Under the pieces are notes generated by a model. That model had not been told where the DNA came from. It was given only the letters and a program-made list of their open reading frames with translations, and did no database searches. Both the position numbers and the translations under genes were made by a program. From the IMG/VR virus record IMGVR_UViG_3300043394_000365, positions 1-43,924 of that record: a stretch of 43,924 bases of DNA; one strand, given 5' to 3'. Shown piece after piece: positions 43,437 through 43,924 of the stretch (positions are counted from its first letter, which is position 1; every line of letters starts with the position of its first letter). The stretch comes from a virus. Lineage: Duplodnaviria > Caudoviricetes.

Positions 43437-43856
43437 ATGCGCATCGACGCCCGCAATGGCGACACCCATTGGGATGTCTTCCACGTGCCCACTTGCAAGC
43501 AGGTCAAGTATTGCGTGTGGGTGGACGACCAGACCGCGCAGTACGGCGCCTGGCAAGACTTGGATCAGGTCCGCGCAGCCTACATGGGCGGCCTGGCTGA
43601 TGGCGGCCCACCTGTGCACCAGGCATCGCGCATCCTGATCGTGCCCGACACCCGCGTGGTACTGATCGACCCCATCGAAGACGACGAGCCCGAAAGCGTG
43701 GCTGATGTCATCGAAGCCGCGCGCAATGCGCCGGCTGAGCACCAGTTGTCTCCGCTCGCACTGGCGCCGGCCTATCCGGTTGCTGCCTTCTCCTCCCGTG
43801 GGCGGCGCGAGCTTTTCACCCCGGGCCTGCGGGCCTGGGGTTTCTTCTTCAACTGA
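43437..43856 (+). CDS. Hypothetical protein
   Basis: 139-aa ORF 3 nt after cro; its 3' end overlaps hairpins. Confidence 0.62.
   Translation: MRIDARNGDTHWDVFHVPTCKQVKYCVWVDDQTAQYGAWQDLDQVRAAYMGGLADGGPPVHQASRILIVPDTRVVLIDPIEDDEPESVADVIEAARNAPAEHQLSPLALAPAYPVAAFSSRGRRELFTPGLRAWGFFFN
43818..43849 (+). terminator. tR1-like terminator
   Basis: ACCCCGGGCC-tgcg-GGCCTGGGGT followed by TTCTTCTT. Confidence 0.6.
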
Positions 43857-43924
43857 TCTGCGGCTCTTCATGAGCCGCATGGTCTTCGCGTTGTCGGGCG
43901 CCGTCGCTACGAACGGTCCCGAAC

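Larger units (their letters stand above)
1..43924. mobile_element. Temperate HK97/lambda-like siphophage genome segment (partial, right end truncated)
   Basis: Syntenic packaging, head, tail, lysis, integration, recombination and immunity modules; no recognisable host housekeeping genes. Confidence 0.97.

Noticed and set aside
1-43924. tRNA, rRNA, IS elements, toxin or recognisable anti-phage defence genes
   Set aside because: None recognised by eye; tRNAscan and defence HMM scans were not run

Overview
The window is about 44 kb of a GC-rich temperate lambdoid/HK97-type siphophage. A Burkholderiales host is likely, but this is an inference from composition and gene families. It starts just before terS and is cut inside the early-right operon, after cro; no replication, CII or Q genes are in the window. 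No host DNA lies between the lysis genes and int, so the att region looks like an intact attP (excised or virion form). Order on the + strand: terS, terL, portal, a 6-ORF insert, S49 protease, major capsid, head-tail genes, two very large carbohydrate/Ig-type proteins, tail terminator, tail tube, HNH, tail chaperones (-1 frameshift), gp10-like, tape measure, tail-tip genes, lysis cassette, attP, int. A leftward early operon follows (xis, J-domain protein, DUF1643, NinB, exonuclease, putative annealase, envelope proteins), then the cI/cro switch. The most unusual points are: (1) a portal with a long C-terminal repeat extension followed by a coupled cassette of putative appendage proteins; (2) a major capsid protein that begins with a Sec-type signal peptide; (3) a perfect chromosomal parS palindrome inside attP; (4) a candidate structured ncRNA with its own promoter and terminator next to attP; (5) a lyase/propeller and Ig-domain cassette in the neck region with a fused tail terminator; (6) a J-domain gene coupled to xis; (7) a CI whose catalytic Lys is replaced by Arg. 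All family assignments are by-eye motif recognition; no searches were run.
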